Positions 19,285 through 29,158 are shown, numbered from the stretch's first letter. The stretch is DNA of 64,000 nt from an uncultured Candidatus Saccharibacteria bacterium (GCA_964437465.1 CAYTGI010000005.1:5203-69202); one strand, 5' to 3'. The notes: generated from the letters alone by a model not told the origin. Translations and numbers: made by a program.

Positions 19285-19596
19285 CTATCTTCTACTTCTT
19301 TCCTGTCTTTCTAGTGAATCAATAATTCCTTGTACTGCACCGTCATCGATAACTTGATCGCACATTAATTCTGTACACAAAACTTCTCCATTAGCACAAA
19401 CACACTGGTTACATGAATCACCTGCAGGGAAATTATTTCCAGTTTTATACATTGCTCCATTATATTGACATGTATTATTACCCCTTTCTAAAAAGCCTTC
19501 ACTATCAATAACCATAAATCCTAGAGCAAGAGCTAATATAACCGCAAAAGTTGTAATTACAGCCATAATTAGCATTGGCGAACTTGGTTTTTTCAT
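19285..19596 (-). CDS. Small membrane-anchored VWC-like cysteine-module protein
   Basis: CQYNGAMYKTGNNFPAGDSCNQCVCANGEVLCTELMC. Confidence 0.5.
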   Translation of the reverse strand: MKKPSSPMLIMAVITTFAVILALALGFMVIDSEGFLERGNNTCQYNGAMYKTGNNFPAGDSCNQCVCANGEVLCTELMCDQVIDDGAVQGIIDSLERQERSRR

Positions 19597-19614
19597 TTAG
19601 TTAAGAATAATAAA

Positions 19615-20400
19615 TTAAAATGTCATTCTAGAGATAATTTCGTCAGCCTCATTCATATTAATTTCGCTATCTGCTGACCCTGAAATCTCAATATATCCTC
19701 TATCAACTCCTCCCTCAGTTAAATATCCAAGTTCGGAAAGTATTAAGCTTGTCTCTAGGCAGCCATCAGAAGCTTGAGCTGAGTTCTCATTAACAGACAG
19801 ATATTGATAATCAGGATTGTCGCTTGTAAGTATTCTGGATATATCATCAGTAATATCTGCTCTACTTTCAATCTCACAGCTAAATCCAAAAACACTTGAA
19901 GGAGCTGAAGGTATTACAGCATTCATTGTTAATTCTGTATCTTTTTCTATGTGGCTCAGAACGTGTAATTCTTCATTATCGCTAAGATCAGAAGTTAATT
20001 CCCATATACAATTATTGTATGAAAAAGTAAACTCTGGGAGTATAGTGCTTTCATATTGAATGTCATTACACTCTGTTTCATCATCAAAAAATTCACTAGT
20101 TTCGTTAGGTGGCAAGGTATTTTCATCATTATCTACTAAGTAAGAGTCATTTCCTTCTGCTTTACAATCTATTTCGGTACAAGCAACATCACCATCAGAA
20201 CAAGTACACGTATTGCATCCATCCCCTGCATTAAAACTTTCACTCGAATCGTACATTACACCATTATATTGGCATGAAGAAATAGGATTTGGTTTTAAGG
20301 CATCTTGGCTTTGTAGAATGTAGTAACCTAAAACAAGACTAATAATTACAAAGAATCCAGCGATAAGAGAGACAATTGTTAGTTGTGTTTGTTTATTCAT
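19615..20400 (-). CDS. Membrane-anchored VWC-like module + acidic domain protein
   Basis: CQYNGVMYDSSESFNAGDGCNTCTCSDGDVACTEIDC. Confidence 0.5.
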   Translation of the reverse strand: MNKQTQLTIVSLIAGFFVIISLVLGYYILQSQDALKPNPISSCQYNGVMYDSSESFNAGDGCNTCTCSDGDVACTEIDCKAEGNDSYLVDNDENTLPPNETSEFFDDETECNDIQYESTILPEFTFSYNNCIWELTSDLSDNEELHVLSHIEKDTELTMNAVIPSAPSSVFGFSCEIESRADITDDISRILTSDNPDYQYLSVNENSAQASDGCLETSLILSELGYLTEGGVDRGYIEISGSADSEINMNEADEIISRMTF

Positions 20401-20402
20401 AA

Positions 20403-21254
20403 TTAAATTTTTGTGATAGTATTTAAAATTCCGAATTGTTTTAGAATATCATCAGTTTGAAGTTGTTGTTCAATAGCTTCTTCAAGAGAGGCAGCATCAG
20501 GTATGTTACCGAAGCAATCGTTATATCCTCCATCAATTCTGATAATTGCTACAATATCTTCATAAAGAGGATAATGGTATAAATTAGTTATAAAATTCCT
20601 ATACCCTTGATTAGGGTCCTCAAAGTCACATGGAACTCCTTCTCTGTTAGATCCTTTTATTGGAATTATTTCTTGATTATCAACTTCTACTATGGGTAAT
20701 TCCTCAGTTATGTCAGTTATCTTATATGCTCTTGTAAAAACATCTTCTTCAGTAAAAATATCCTCAGTTATTGAAATTTCTAAGCTGTACTTTACGTAAG
20801 TATCTCCATCTTCAGTCAGGTCAGTTTTAATCAGCCTTAGGAAATCCTCCTTCGGTTCTCCTTCAATCTCAAAGTCATCAGGATAAAAAAAACTAAAGCC
20901 TAATTCCTCCGATTCAAAGTAATTATTAAAAGTAAAAATGCTGCTTCCAATTGTGATTTCTTTTTCTTCTATAACCCCATTATGTTCCACTAAATAGCTG
21001 TCATTTTCTTCACTTTTACAATCAATCTCAGTACATATAACCTCACCATCTGCACAAACGCATTGATTACATCCATCCGCAGCGTTGAAACTCTCACTAG
21101 ACTCGTAAGTAACTCCATTATACTGACATGACGTAGGTCCATTATTTGTCTGCATGTCTTGCTCAATAACATTAAACCCAGCAAAAAGGGCTACACCGAT
21201 TGCAATTGTAACTATTACAACTACTGCGATTGTTGGTTTATCATATTTTGACAT
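20403..21254 (-). CDS. Membrane-anchored VWC-like module + acidic domain protein
   Basis: CQYNGVTYESSESFNAADGCNQCVCADGEVICTEIDC. Confidence 0.5.
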   Translation of the reverse strand: MSKYDKPTIAVVVIVTIAIGVALFAGFNVIEQDMQTNNGPTSCQYNGVTYESSESFNAADGCNQCVCADGEVICTEIDCKSEENDSYLVEHNGVIEEKEITIGSSIFTFNNYFESEELGFSFFYPDDFEIEGEPKEDFLRLIKTDLTEDGDTYVKYSLEISITEDIFTEEDVFTRAYKITDITEELPIVEVDNQEIIPIKGSNREGVPCDFEDPNQGYRNFITNLYHYPLYEDIVAIIRIDGGYNDCFGNIPDAASLEEAIEQQLQTDDILKQFGILNTITKI

Positions 21255-21342
21255 CTAGTTTATTCTTGATATCTACAGAATAATGAAAATGTAAAGTGAA
21301 ATCAATTCATTATATGTTTATAATGGTTGATATTTAAAACTA

Positions 21343-22623
21343 GTGCATTGGTTCATGAGATCAGGATTAATAATTAAAAGAAGAGAGATAATTGATAAAA
21401 ACTTTTTAAAGTATTTATATCCACTCTTTTTTATTTTATTTGCTGACAGTGTACTAACATATGCTTTTCCTATCATTGTTTTAGAAGAATTAGAATCTTC
21501 AACTACATTGGGTTTAATCATGGCCGCATCGTCTGTAATAGGGATTGTAATGGATTTGGTAATACCTAAGCTTTTTGCAAGATCAACTTGGCGTGAATTC
21601 TTGATGATAAGTATAGTATTGAGTATTCTTTATCCAGTCTTTATTTACTTAGGAACACTAAGTGCTCCAATACTATTTCTTTTATTAGGTTCAGTTGTCT
21701 GGGGTATTTACTTTGAGTTTTTATCATTTTCAGAGCAAGGTTACATAGTTGACGAAGAGCCTAAATCTGATTTTACAGGTGACTGGAGTGTGATTTACGT
21801 GTTATGGCAGGGAGGCTCATTATTAAGCCCTATCATTGGAGCTTTTCTTTTATCAATGAGTATACTGCACTTTTCTAGTGCAGTTGTTTCAATTCAATCT
21901 ATAGCATTAGTAATTTCTTATTTAGCGCTTGTAAAGTATGGGTCCAAAAAGAAAAAAAGAAAAATAATTAGAAGTCATTTTAGGGCGAGTTTGAAATTTA
22001 TTAATGAAGTAACGGTTTTTAGGCTTCTAAGTTCGAAAGTTTTTTCAGTTTTTTTAGTTAGTATTTTAGGAGGTATAATTCATGCATCATTTTGGACAAT
22101 TGGAGGTATTTACGGAGAGGAGCTTTTAGGAGGATCTAATAGAGGCTGGATTGTTCTTTTTATCTTTAATATGTCAATTTTATTAGGAACTACTTTCCTA
22201 ATTTACTTTCCTATTGATAAGCATAAAATGAAGATCGCTCAAGTTAGTTTGTTAATATCAACTATATTTATGATCCCAGTTTTTTTAGTTAGGGATATAA
22301 ATTTAATATTAATTTTAATTGCAGTTTTGAGTCTTTTCTCTTCCTTTGTTATTCCATTAACTAACTCCATCTTTTCTGATCTAGCAAATAGAAGCAATGA
22401 TTATGAAATTTACATTATGAGCATTTCTAGGATTGCAATATCTCTTGCTTACGTTATTGGACCTTTATTTGTTGGAATTATTGGGGATTTTTTCAACTAT
22501 GGTGAAGTTATAAGTATAACTGGGGCAATTCTTTTTCTTTTGACTATTTTTACAATCATCATTAACCCAAAGGCTATTAGGCTTCCAAGAAAAAAATTAG
22601 ATAAAATAATGATAAATCCTTGA
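21343..22623 (+). CDS. MFS transporter
   Basis: About 12 TM helices. Confidence 0.55.
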   Translation: MHWFMRSGLIIKRREIIDKNFLKYLYPLFFILFADSVLTYAFPIIVLEELESSTTLGLIMAASSVIGIVMDLVIPKLFARSTWREFLMISIVLSILYPVFIYLGTLSAPILFLLLGSVVWGIYFEFLSFSEQGYIVDEEPKSDFTGDWSVIYVLWQGGSLLSPIIGAFLLSMSILHFSSAVVSIQSIALVISYLALVKYGSKKKKRKIIRSHFRASLKFINEVTVFRLLSSKVFSVFLVSILGGIIHASFWTIGGIYGEELLGGSNRGWIVLFIFNMSILLGTTFLIYFPIDKHKMKIAQVSLLISTIFMIPVFLVRDINLILILIAVLSLFSSFVIPLTNSIFSDLANRSNDYEIYIMSISRIAISLAYVIGPLFVGIIGDFFNYGEVISITGAILFLLTIFTIIINPKAIRLPRKKLDKIMINP

Positions 22624-22654
22624 CATAGTATACCCCCTGGGGGTATATTTAGGT

Positions 22655-22909
22655 ATGGATGATTGTAAGCAATTTCAGAATCAAATAAATAGGATTAAAG
22701 GACAGATGAACGGTATAGATAATATGATTAATGAAGGAAGGAACGTTAATGATGTTGTTCAACAGATTTCGGCGGTTAGAGCTGCTCTCTCAAGACTAGC
22801 AGTTGATCTTCTTAAAAATGAATCTAGTGAGTGTTTTAATAGCTCAGAGATTAAGAATAATCAGAAAAAATTTGAAGAGTTAGTAACTAACTTTTTTAAG
22901 ATAACTTAA
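22655..22909 (+). CDS. CsoR/RcnR/FrmR-family metal/redox-sensing repressor
   Basis: NRIKGQMNGIDNMINEGRNVNDVVQQISAVRAAL with conserved Cys residues. Confidence 0.6.
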   Translation: MDDCKQFQNQINRIKGQMNGIDNMINEGRNVNDVVQQISAVRAALSRLAVDLLKNESSECFNSSEIKNNQKKFEELVTNFFKIT

Positions 22910-22926
22910 ATTTTATTATTTTCAAA

Positions 22927-23265
22927 ATGGATGACGATAAAGATTCAAAAATTGCTCACACAACTGATGCAGAATTCGATGACGCAATTGCTGAAGGGCT
23001 TACTTTAATTGATTTCTGGGCTCCATGGTGCGGACCTTGTCTAATGATTGCTCCTACTCTTGAAGAGATAGCCGAAGAGATGGAGGGAAAGTTAAATATT
23101 GTAAAGCTAAATGTTGATGATAATCCTGAAACTTCACCTAAATTTGGAGTGCAAGGAATTCCTACAATGATTTTGTTTAAAGATGGGAAATTAGTTGACC
23201 GTGTTGTTGGGGCAGTTCCTAAAGCTGCTTTAGTAGACATGATTGGGAAACATATTGAAGAGTAA
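22927..23265 (+). CDS. trxA: Thioredoxin
   Basis: WAPWCGPC motif. Confidence 0.9.
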   Translation: MDDDKDSKIAHTTDAEFDDAIAEGLTLIDFWAPWCGPCLMIAPTLEEIAEEMEGKLNIVKLNVDDNPETSPKFGVQGIPTMILFKDGKLVDRVVGAVPKAALVDMIGKHIEE

Positions 23266-23281
23266 TTATTAAAAAATAGAA

Positions 23282-24247
23282 ATGTCTGAAGAGAAGGGTT
23301 TAAAAGACAAAGTTCACGACCTGATTATTGTTGGGTCTGGTCCAGCTGGCTTAACTGCAGCTATTTATGCATCTAGAGCAAGATTAGATCCATTGCTTTT
23401 TGCTGGAGTAACATGGGGAGGTCAGTTAATGAATACAACTGAAGTTGAAAATTATCCAGGGTTTCCGGATGGTGTAGCTGGTCCTCAGTTGATGCAAGAT
23501 ATGCTTAAACAAGCAGAAAAATTTGGCACAATAATTGAATATGATAATGTAACAAAAGTAAGCATTGATGATAATGGAATTAAGAGGGTTAGGGTTAATG
23601 ATGAGGACTATAGAGCAAGATCAGTGATCTTTGCCACTGGTTCAGTGCCTAGAAAACTAGATATTCCTGGTGAAGATAAATACTACGGACAGGGAGTTTC
23701 AACCTGTGCTACTTGTGATGCTGCGTTTTATAAAGATAAGGTCGTAGCTGTTATCGGAGGTGGAGATACTGCAATGGAAGACTCTACTTTTTTAACTAGA
23801 TTTGCGAAAAAAGTGTACATTCTCCATAGAAGAGATGAGTTTAGGGCAAGTAAGATTATGGCTGAAAGAGCTTTAAAAAATGAGAAAATTGAAGTTCTTT
23901 GGAATACAGAGGTTAGAGAGGTTATTGGAGAGGATACTGTAAACAAGCTAAAGATTTACAATAATGTTGAAGATAAGGAGAGTGATCTTGAAGTTGATGG
24001 AATGTTCTTAGCTATTGGTCATGTTCCATCAACACAATTTCTGACAGATATTCTTGATTTAGATGACGAAGGTTATGTTAAAACTCACAAAGATGTTGAA
24101 ACTAACATACCGGGAGTTTTTGTTGCGGGTGAGATTCAAGACCATGTGTATAAGCAAGCTATAACTACTGCTTCAGATGGATGCAAGGCTGCATTGAAAG
24201 CTCAAAGATGGTTAGAAGGAAATGAGGAGATAAGAAATATCTGGTAA
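23282..24247 (+). CDS. trxB: Thioredoxin-disulfide reductase
   Basis: GSGPAGLTAAIYASRA, CATCDA, GGGDTA. Confidence 0.9.
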   Translation: MSEEKGLKDKVHDLIIVGSGPAGLTAAIYASRARLDPLLFAGVTWGGQLMNTTEVENYPGFPDGVAGPQLMQDMLKQAEKFGTIIEYDNVTKVSIDDNGIKRVRVNDEDYRARSVIFATGSVPRKLDIPGEDKYYGQGVSTCATCDAAFYKDKVVAVIGGGDTAMEDSTFLTRFAKKVYILHRRDEFRASKIMAERALKNEKIEVLWNTEVREVIGEDTVNKLKIYNNVEDKESDLEVDGMFLAIGHVPSTQFLTDILDLDDEGYVKTHKDVETNIPGVFVAGEIQDHVYKQAITTASDGCKAALKAQRWLEGNEEIRNIW

Positions 24248-24412
24248 TTGTATTTTAAAGATAGAAGGCTACATAAAAAATAGCATTTTCTGTTAGCAGT
24301 CTTAAAAGATATTTCACCTGCATTAATAAATAATTTTCATAAAAAATACTTTACAAAATTGTGTCATAGGAATATATTAACCACAATATATTGTATTTTT
24401 TTGTAATTTCTA

Positions 24413-24871
24413 ATGAAAACTATTGATATTTTTACTGATGCAGATCCATCTTTCATTAATAATCTTTCTCGATTTGTTAATGAAACAGGACCTACTTTAA
24501 ATGAATTACTTAATAAATTGGGTGTTGTTGACACTACAACAAGAGCATGTGTTCTTAGGGAGGTTTTAAGGGGAAGAGGAATAACGAACACTCGAGTTAT
24601 GGGGCTGGACACTCCTGGGGGTCACTTAGAATTTTTTCTTGGAATAACTAATGGAAACCAAGCAGTAGGTGGTGTTAGATGCAATAGTAAAGGTATCTAT
24701 TCACAAACAATGGGAGAAATAGTAGAAGAAAACGGATTCTCATCAATCTCGGACGTCGTTCCAGAAAGTGCTGAAATGATAGCTCACTTAAACAGTGGTG
24801 GAAAAGAAGGGTTCACAAGAATAGTAGGTTCTGTAAGGAGTGGAATTGGAGATCAATCAGGAGAAGCCTAA
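24413..24871 (+). CDS. Hypothetical protein
   Basis: 152-aa ORF. Confidence 0.3.
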   Translation: MKTIDIFTDADPSFINNLSRFVNETGPTLNELLNKLGVVDTTTRACVLREVLRGRGITNTRVMGLDTPGGHLEFFLGITNGNQAVGGVRCNSKGIYSQTMGEIVEENGFSSISDVVPESAEMIAHLNSGGKEGFTRIVGSVRSGIGDQSGEA

Positions 24872-26424
24872 TACTTCTCAATCCTAAATGCAATAATCTC
24901 ATCACCCTCCTCTAGTCCTTCGATTGCTGGGTTTAAAAGAAGTCCACATTCATTTCCTTTTTTTACTTCTTTTACTTCATTTTTCCCTTGTCTTACTGAA
25001 GTTACTTTTGCGGTTCCAATAATTTCATCACCTCGAACTGCTTTAACTTGATAACCTTTAACAAACTTACCATCAGTAACCTTACTTCCAGCTACTTGAT
25101 CTCCATTTGAAAGAGTGAAAATCTGTAGAATATTCGCTTTTGCTATCTCAATTTCCTCTTCTCTTGGTTGATCCATTGAGTCTAAAACTTCAGCAATTTC
25201 ATCTATAAGTTCGTAGATAATTTCATAGTGTCTTACAAGAATTTTATTCCTTCTTGCATTAGACATAATGTTGTTTGGTACATCTACTTGGAAACTAATT
25301 ACTATTCCTCCAGCTACTTTAGCCATGTTTAGATCATCCTCACTTACAGGACCAGTCCCACTTTGAAGAACTTTTACTTTTGATTCATCTGTTTCAAGTT
25401 TCTCAAGTTCGGTTATAACTGCTTCCATTGTTCCTTGAGTAGATGTTCTTAGAACAATATTTAATTCTTTCTGTTCTACTCCTTCATCAGCCTCTTGTTT
25501 CTCCATTAATAGCTGAGCGAAAAGCGATTCAGCATCTACTTCTTTTGTCTCAGGCTCATCTTCAGTAACTTCTCCTGATTTTAAATCTTCCATCAATTTT
25601 TTAGCTGCTTTTTCATCTTTAACAAAGTTAATAATTTCTCCTGTAGCTAAATCCTCATTCAATCCAATAACTGTAAAAGGTTGAGATTCATTAACTTCTT
25701 TTACTGGTTTTCCCTCCTCATTCATATATGCTCTAACTTTAAAAGTTGAGCTTCCAGTAGCACCAACTAATCTAGAATCTAAATGTCCAGATTTAAGAAT
25801 TGCTAATGCATTGTATCCTTGGTGTTTGTCTAAGCTAGATTCCATTACAAATGCTTCTGCAACTACCCCTTCCTTTGGTTCATGAGGTTTAAGTTCATTA
25901 ACTTCTGCCATTAACTCTATTCCTTCTAAAACTTCATCTAATCCTTTCTTTTCTTTTGCAGACATTTCAAAACACATTACATCTCCTCCATATTCTTCAA
26001 TCTGTACGTCAAAACTAGCTAGTTCCTGTTTGATTTTTTGAATTTGAACTCCTTCAAGGTCAACTTTATTTATTCCAACAATTATTGGAACATTATTTTT
26101 ATGAGCAAATTCAATTGATTCTTTAGTTTGAGGTTGAACTCCATCGTCAGCAGCTACCACTAATAATACAAAATCAGTAACTCTAGCTCCTCTTTCTCTC
26201 ATTTTTGAGAAAGCTTCGTGTCCTGGAGTATCGATAAAAGTAATTTTAAACCCATTTTTTGTTGTAACTTCATGTGCCCTAGTATTTTGAGTAATACCAC
26301 CATGTTCTTTTTCGGCAATTCGTGCATCTCTAATTGAATCTAGAAATGTAGTCTTTCCATGGTCAACGTGTCCCATTACCGCTACTATCGGTTGTCTTAT
26401 GTTCTTTTCTTCTTTTTTAGGCAT
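24868..26424 (-). CDS. infB: Translation initiation factor IF-2 (short form)
   Basis: AVMGHVDHGKTTFLDSIR, DTPGHEAF, NKVD. Confidence 0.9.
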   Translation of the reverse strand: MPKKEEKNIRQPIVAVMGHVDHGKTTFLDSIRDARIAEKEHGGITQNTRAHEVTTKNGFKITFIDTPGHEAFSKMRERGARVTDFVLLVVAADDGVQPQTKESIEFAHKNNVPIIVGINKVDLEGVQIQKIKQELASFDVQIEEYGGDVMCFEMSAKEKKGLDEVLEGIELMAEVNELKPHEPKEGVVAEAFVMESSLDKHQGYNALAILKSGHLDSRLVGATGSSTFKVRAYMNEEGKPVKEVNESQPFTVIGLNEDLATGEIINFVKDEKAAKKLMEDLKSGEVTEDEPETKEVDAESLFAQLLMEKQEADEGVEQKELNIVLRTSTQGTMEAVITELEKLETDESKVKVLQSGTGPVSEDDLNMAKVAGGIVISFQVDVPNNIMSNARRNKILVRHYEIIYELIDEIAEVLDSMDQPREEEIEIAKANILQIFTLSNGDQVAGSKVTDGKFVKGYQVKAVRGDEIIGTAKVTSVRQGKNEVKEVKKGNECGLLLNPAIEGLEEGDEIIAFRIEKY

Positions 26425-26558
26425 AGGAAAATTTGAAAAATTAAGTTACGACGTGATTTTATCATGAAATAGGGAATGATACTAAGTCCAAATGTAAATA
26501 TTGAGACTATTATCATCGCAGGAACATAGTTACCTAAGTACGGGTATAATGAGTTACG

Positions 26559-27947
26559 ATGAACATAGAGAATCTTAAGAAAATTGATATTTCGATAGTT
26601 ATTTGCGTTCTATTGCTTTGTGTAATAGGAGCTTTGAACGTTTTCTCAACAACATATTTCCCTGAGAAAGAAGCTTCAGGATTATTTTTTAACCAGCTGA
26701 TTTATTACGGAGTTGGTTTTATATTAATGATGGTAATCAGTTCAATAAACTTTAGCTTTTTGAACAGATTTTTTGTTCAGGTTATTGTTTTGATTGTGGC
26801 TGTAGGCTTATTGGTTGCTGTACTTTTTATAGGTGAGGAGGTTTTGGGTGCTACTAGGTGGATTAATATTGGAGGATTTACGATACAACCTTCGGAATTT
26901 GCAAAAATCGGAATGATTCTACTATCCTCATACATTTTAAGTTTTGAAAAACCTGTTAAAAAGTATAAAAATAGACTAATTAGCTTTTTCCTCAAGTACT
27001 TTGATTTGTTAAAAATCTTTGTATCTTTAGTTTTCCTAGGACTTTTTGTTGTTTTAATAATTAGTCAAAATTCTCTCGGTAATAGCTTGTTACTAATTGG
27101 TATCTGGGGAATTATCTTTATCTCTTATTTCCCATTTAACTTTAAATATATAGCTTTTGTTCTAAGCGCTGGATTGGGGATTTTCTTGTCGTTAAACATA
27201 CTATCTTTTTCAGGGGATTATTTACTCTCTAACAGTCTTAATATCTCATTATTAGGTTTAGGACTTTTTCTTTTAGTTATTTATACAATTGCAAAATTAA
27301 CCAAAGTTAAATTCTGGATGCTAATTTTAGTCTTTTTTTTAATGCTTCCAATAAGGTTTGGAGTTGAATACTCTTATGAAAATATTTTAAAAGACTATCA
27401 AAGAGTTCGTATAGAAACATTCTTAAATCCTGAATCAGACCAAGCAGCTAGCTGGAATAAAGATCAGGCAAGGATAGCCCTTGGATCAGGAAAGATTTTC
27501 GGTAAAGGTTTTTTAAAAGGAACTCATACAAACTATAAATTCTTGCCTTTTTCTTATAATGATTTTGCTTTTGCTTCACTAGGAGAACAATTCGGCTTCG
27601 TGGGACTTTTGACTGTTGTTTCATTATTTATTGTTTTACTGAATAGGATTGTAAATGTTGCTAGAGTGACTAAAAATCAATTCGGAAGGCTAATTGTTTT
27701 CGGCGTTTCAGGAATGATATTTCTTAATATGTTTCAGCATATGGGTATGAACGTTGGAATTTTACCAATTACAGGTGTACCTTTGCCTTTCGTAAGTTAC
27801 GGAGGTAGTGCTACTTTAGTTATGATGATGGGGATTGGGTTAGTTTTGTCTGTATCGGTTTATGGGGAGAGGTTTAGTAATGTAAGGAAACATGCACCTA
27901 AATATAAGGCGGTTAAGTCAAAAGTAAGACTAAATACTAAATCCTAA
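26559..27947 (+). CDS. ftsW: SEDS-family peptidoglycan glycosyltransferase FtsW/RodA
   Basis: GVPLPFVSYGGSA and polytopic membrane topology. Confidence 0.85.
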   Translation: MNIENLKKIDISIVICVLLLCVIGALNVFSTTYFPEKEASGLFFNQLIYYGVGFILMMVISSINFSFLNRFFVQVIVLIVAVGLLVAVLFIGEEVLGATRWINIGGFTIQPSEFAKIGMILLSSYILSFEKPVKKYKNRLISFFLKYFDLLKIFVSLVFLGLFVVLIISQNSLGNSLLLIGIWGIIFISYFPFNFKYIAFVLSAGLGIFLSLNILSFSGDYLLSNSLNISLLGLGLFLLVIYTIAKLTKVKFWMLILVFFLMLPIRFGVEYSYENILKDYQRVRIETFLNPESDQAASWNKDQARIALGSGKIFGKGFLKGTHTNYKFLPFSYNDFAFASLGEQFGFVGLLTVVSLFIVLLNRIVNVARVTKNQFGRLIVFGVSGMIFLNMFQHMGMNVGILPITGVPLPFVSYGGSATLVMMMGIGLVLSVSVYGERFSNVRKHAPKYKAVKSKVRLNTKS

Positions 27948-28029
27948 AGGTATAAATTCTAAACAAACTACAATGATCAGAAGATAAAAGAAATTGAGCT
28001 ATCTGTAGAGTTGTTTGTGATTGCCGATA

Positions 28030-28308
28030 TCAATAAACATAATCATGGCCTCCAATAGTAAGAAGAAGCACAATATCATCACCGTCAAAGTCCCAAATTA
28101 TTCTAATATCTCCATTAATCCTTGAACTATAGACTTTTCCATAATTGGGTAAGTTCACTTTGTGTGTCTTTAAAGAATTATCGAACGGGTTTCTACTTAA
28201 TTTTTCAACTTTTGAATTTATTAGACTAAAAAGATATCAATTATTCCTGATGAGCTTTAGATATTCTCTCTTGTATTTTGAAGTTGGTAGTATTTTAATC
28301 CTCCTCAT
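28030..28308 (-). pseudogene. RelE/ParE-family toxin with an in-frame TGA (codon 24; + coordinates 28237-28239)
   Basis: MRRIKILPTSKYKREYLKLIRNN*YLFSLINSKVEKLSRNPFDNSLKTHKVNLPNYGKVYSSRINGDIRIIWDFDGDDIVLLLTIGGHDYVY. The ATG overlaps the upstream antitoxin stop (ATGAGGAGGATTAA). Confidence 0.55.
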
Positions 28309-28609
28309 TGTCTACTTCCTCTAACATTTTTTCGTGAAATTCACGAATGTCTTGGGGAGTAGTTAGTGTCTCGTATTGTCCATTTTCGTAGTCTTCCCTA
28401 GCTTCTTTTACATCTTTTTCAAGCTTAGGGGTTCCGTACTCTACTGGAAGGTTTTTGGGGATTTTTATCCTGGAATATTCACGGTCTCTTTTAAGAGTAG
28501 ATAGAGCTAATTTAACGATCTCAGCTCGATCTAAACCTTCATAATGCTTTTCTAAAAAAGCGATTACTGGTTCTAGTTCTTTTGTTATTGTTACTCTAAT
28601 TGAACTCAT
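28295..28609 (-). CDS. RHH-type antitoxin (RelB/ParD-like)
   Basis: IRVTITKELEPVIAFLEKHYEGLDRAEIVKLALSTL looks like a ribbon-helix-helix, and the ORF overlaps the toxin start. Confidence 0.5.
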   Translation of the reverse strand: MSSIRVTITKELEPVIAFLEKHYEGLDRAEIVKLALSTLKRDREYSRIKIPKNLPVEYGTPKLEKDVKEAREDYENGQYETLTTPQDIREFHEKMLEEVDNEED

Positions 28610-28738
28610 GGTTAATTATGGCACTAAGTGGTGGTAAATGTCAAATATTGTTAAATTATGTATGTTTCGGTACAAATAGTGTTATTTTGCAAATATCTAA
28701 ATACTAAATCAGAAATTCTAAACAAATAAATAATAATT

Positions 28739-28782
28739 AAAAGACAAAAGACAAAAGACAAAAGACAAAGATAAAAGACAGA
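28739..28782. repeat. (AAAGAC)n hexamer tandem repeat, ~7 units
   Basis: aaagacaaaagacaaaagacaaaagacaaagataaaagacaga. Confidence 0.8.
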
Positions 28783-28857
28783 TAATTAAGGTAATTAAGT
28801 ATGAAATTCTCAGATATTAATAATTTGCACTGAAAGCATGGGGAATTATAATTTATT

Positions 28858-28897
28858 GGTACATTGGTACATTGGTACATTGGTACATTGGTACTTA
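28858..28897. repeat. (GGTACATT)x5 octamer tandem repeat
   Basis: Five near-perfect copies that abut the stop of ORF 28895-29155. Confidence 0.9.
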
Positions 28898-29155
28898 TTT
28901 ATAAATTTCCTCTAATTTCCCAATATTTAGAAAAATTATGTAGTTTTCTTTAATTCTAAAGAGAACAACAATTTCTTTGTAAATTACTACCTGGTAGAGG
29001 TCGAGTTTAAGGTAGGTAAACTCTGAAAGATCTATTTTTCCTTTTTTATCCGTAATTTCTTTTAGAAAATTATTGAATTGAGATTTAACTGATTTTTCCT
29101 CACTGACAGTTGTTTTGTAGTTTTTTACGAACAGGTAGCCGAAAACAATTTCCAC
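28895..29155 (-). CDS. RelE/ParE-like toxin candidate
   Basis: C-terminal YQVVIYKEIVVLFRIKENYIIFLNIGKLEEIYK resembles the RelE beta-sheet region; 3 nt downstream of the RHH antitoxin. Confidence 0.4.
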   Translation of the reverse strand: MEIVFGYLFVKNYKTTVSEEKSVKSQFNNFLKEITDKKGKIDLSEFTYLKLDLYQVVIYKEIVVLFRIKENYIIFLNIGKLEEIYK

Positions 29156-29158
29156 AGG

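Noticed and set aside
28237-28239. Alternative genetic code (UGA recoding, as in SR1/Gracilibacteria) as an explanation for the in-frame TGA in the RelE-like toxin
   Set aside because: rpoB, rpoC, valS and infB read full length with the standard code and stop at TAA/TAG/TGA. The PIN toxin lesion is TAA, not TGA.
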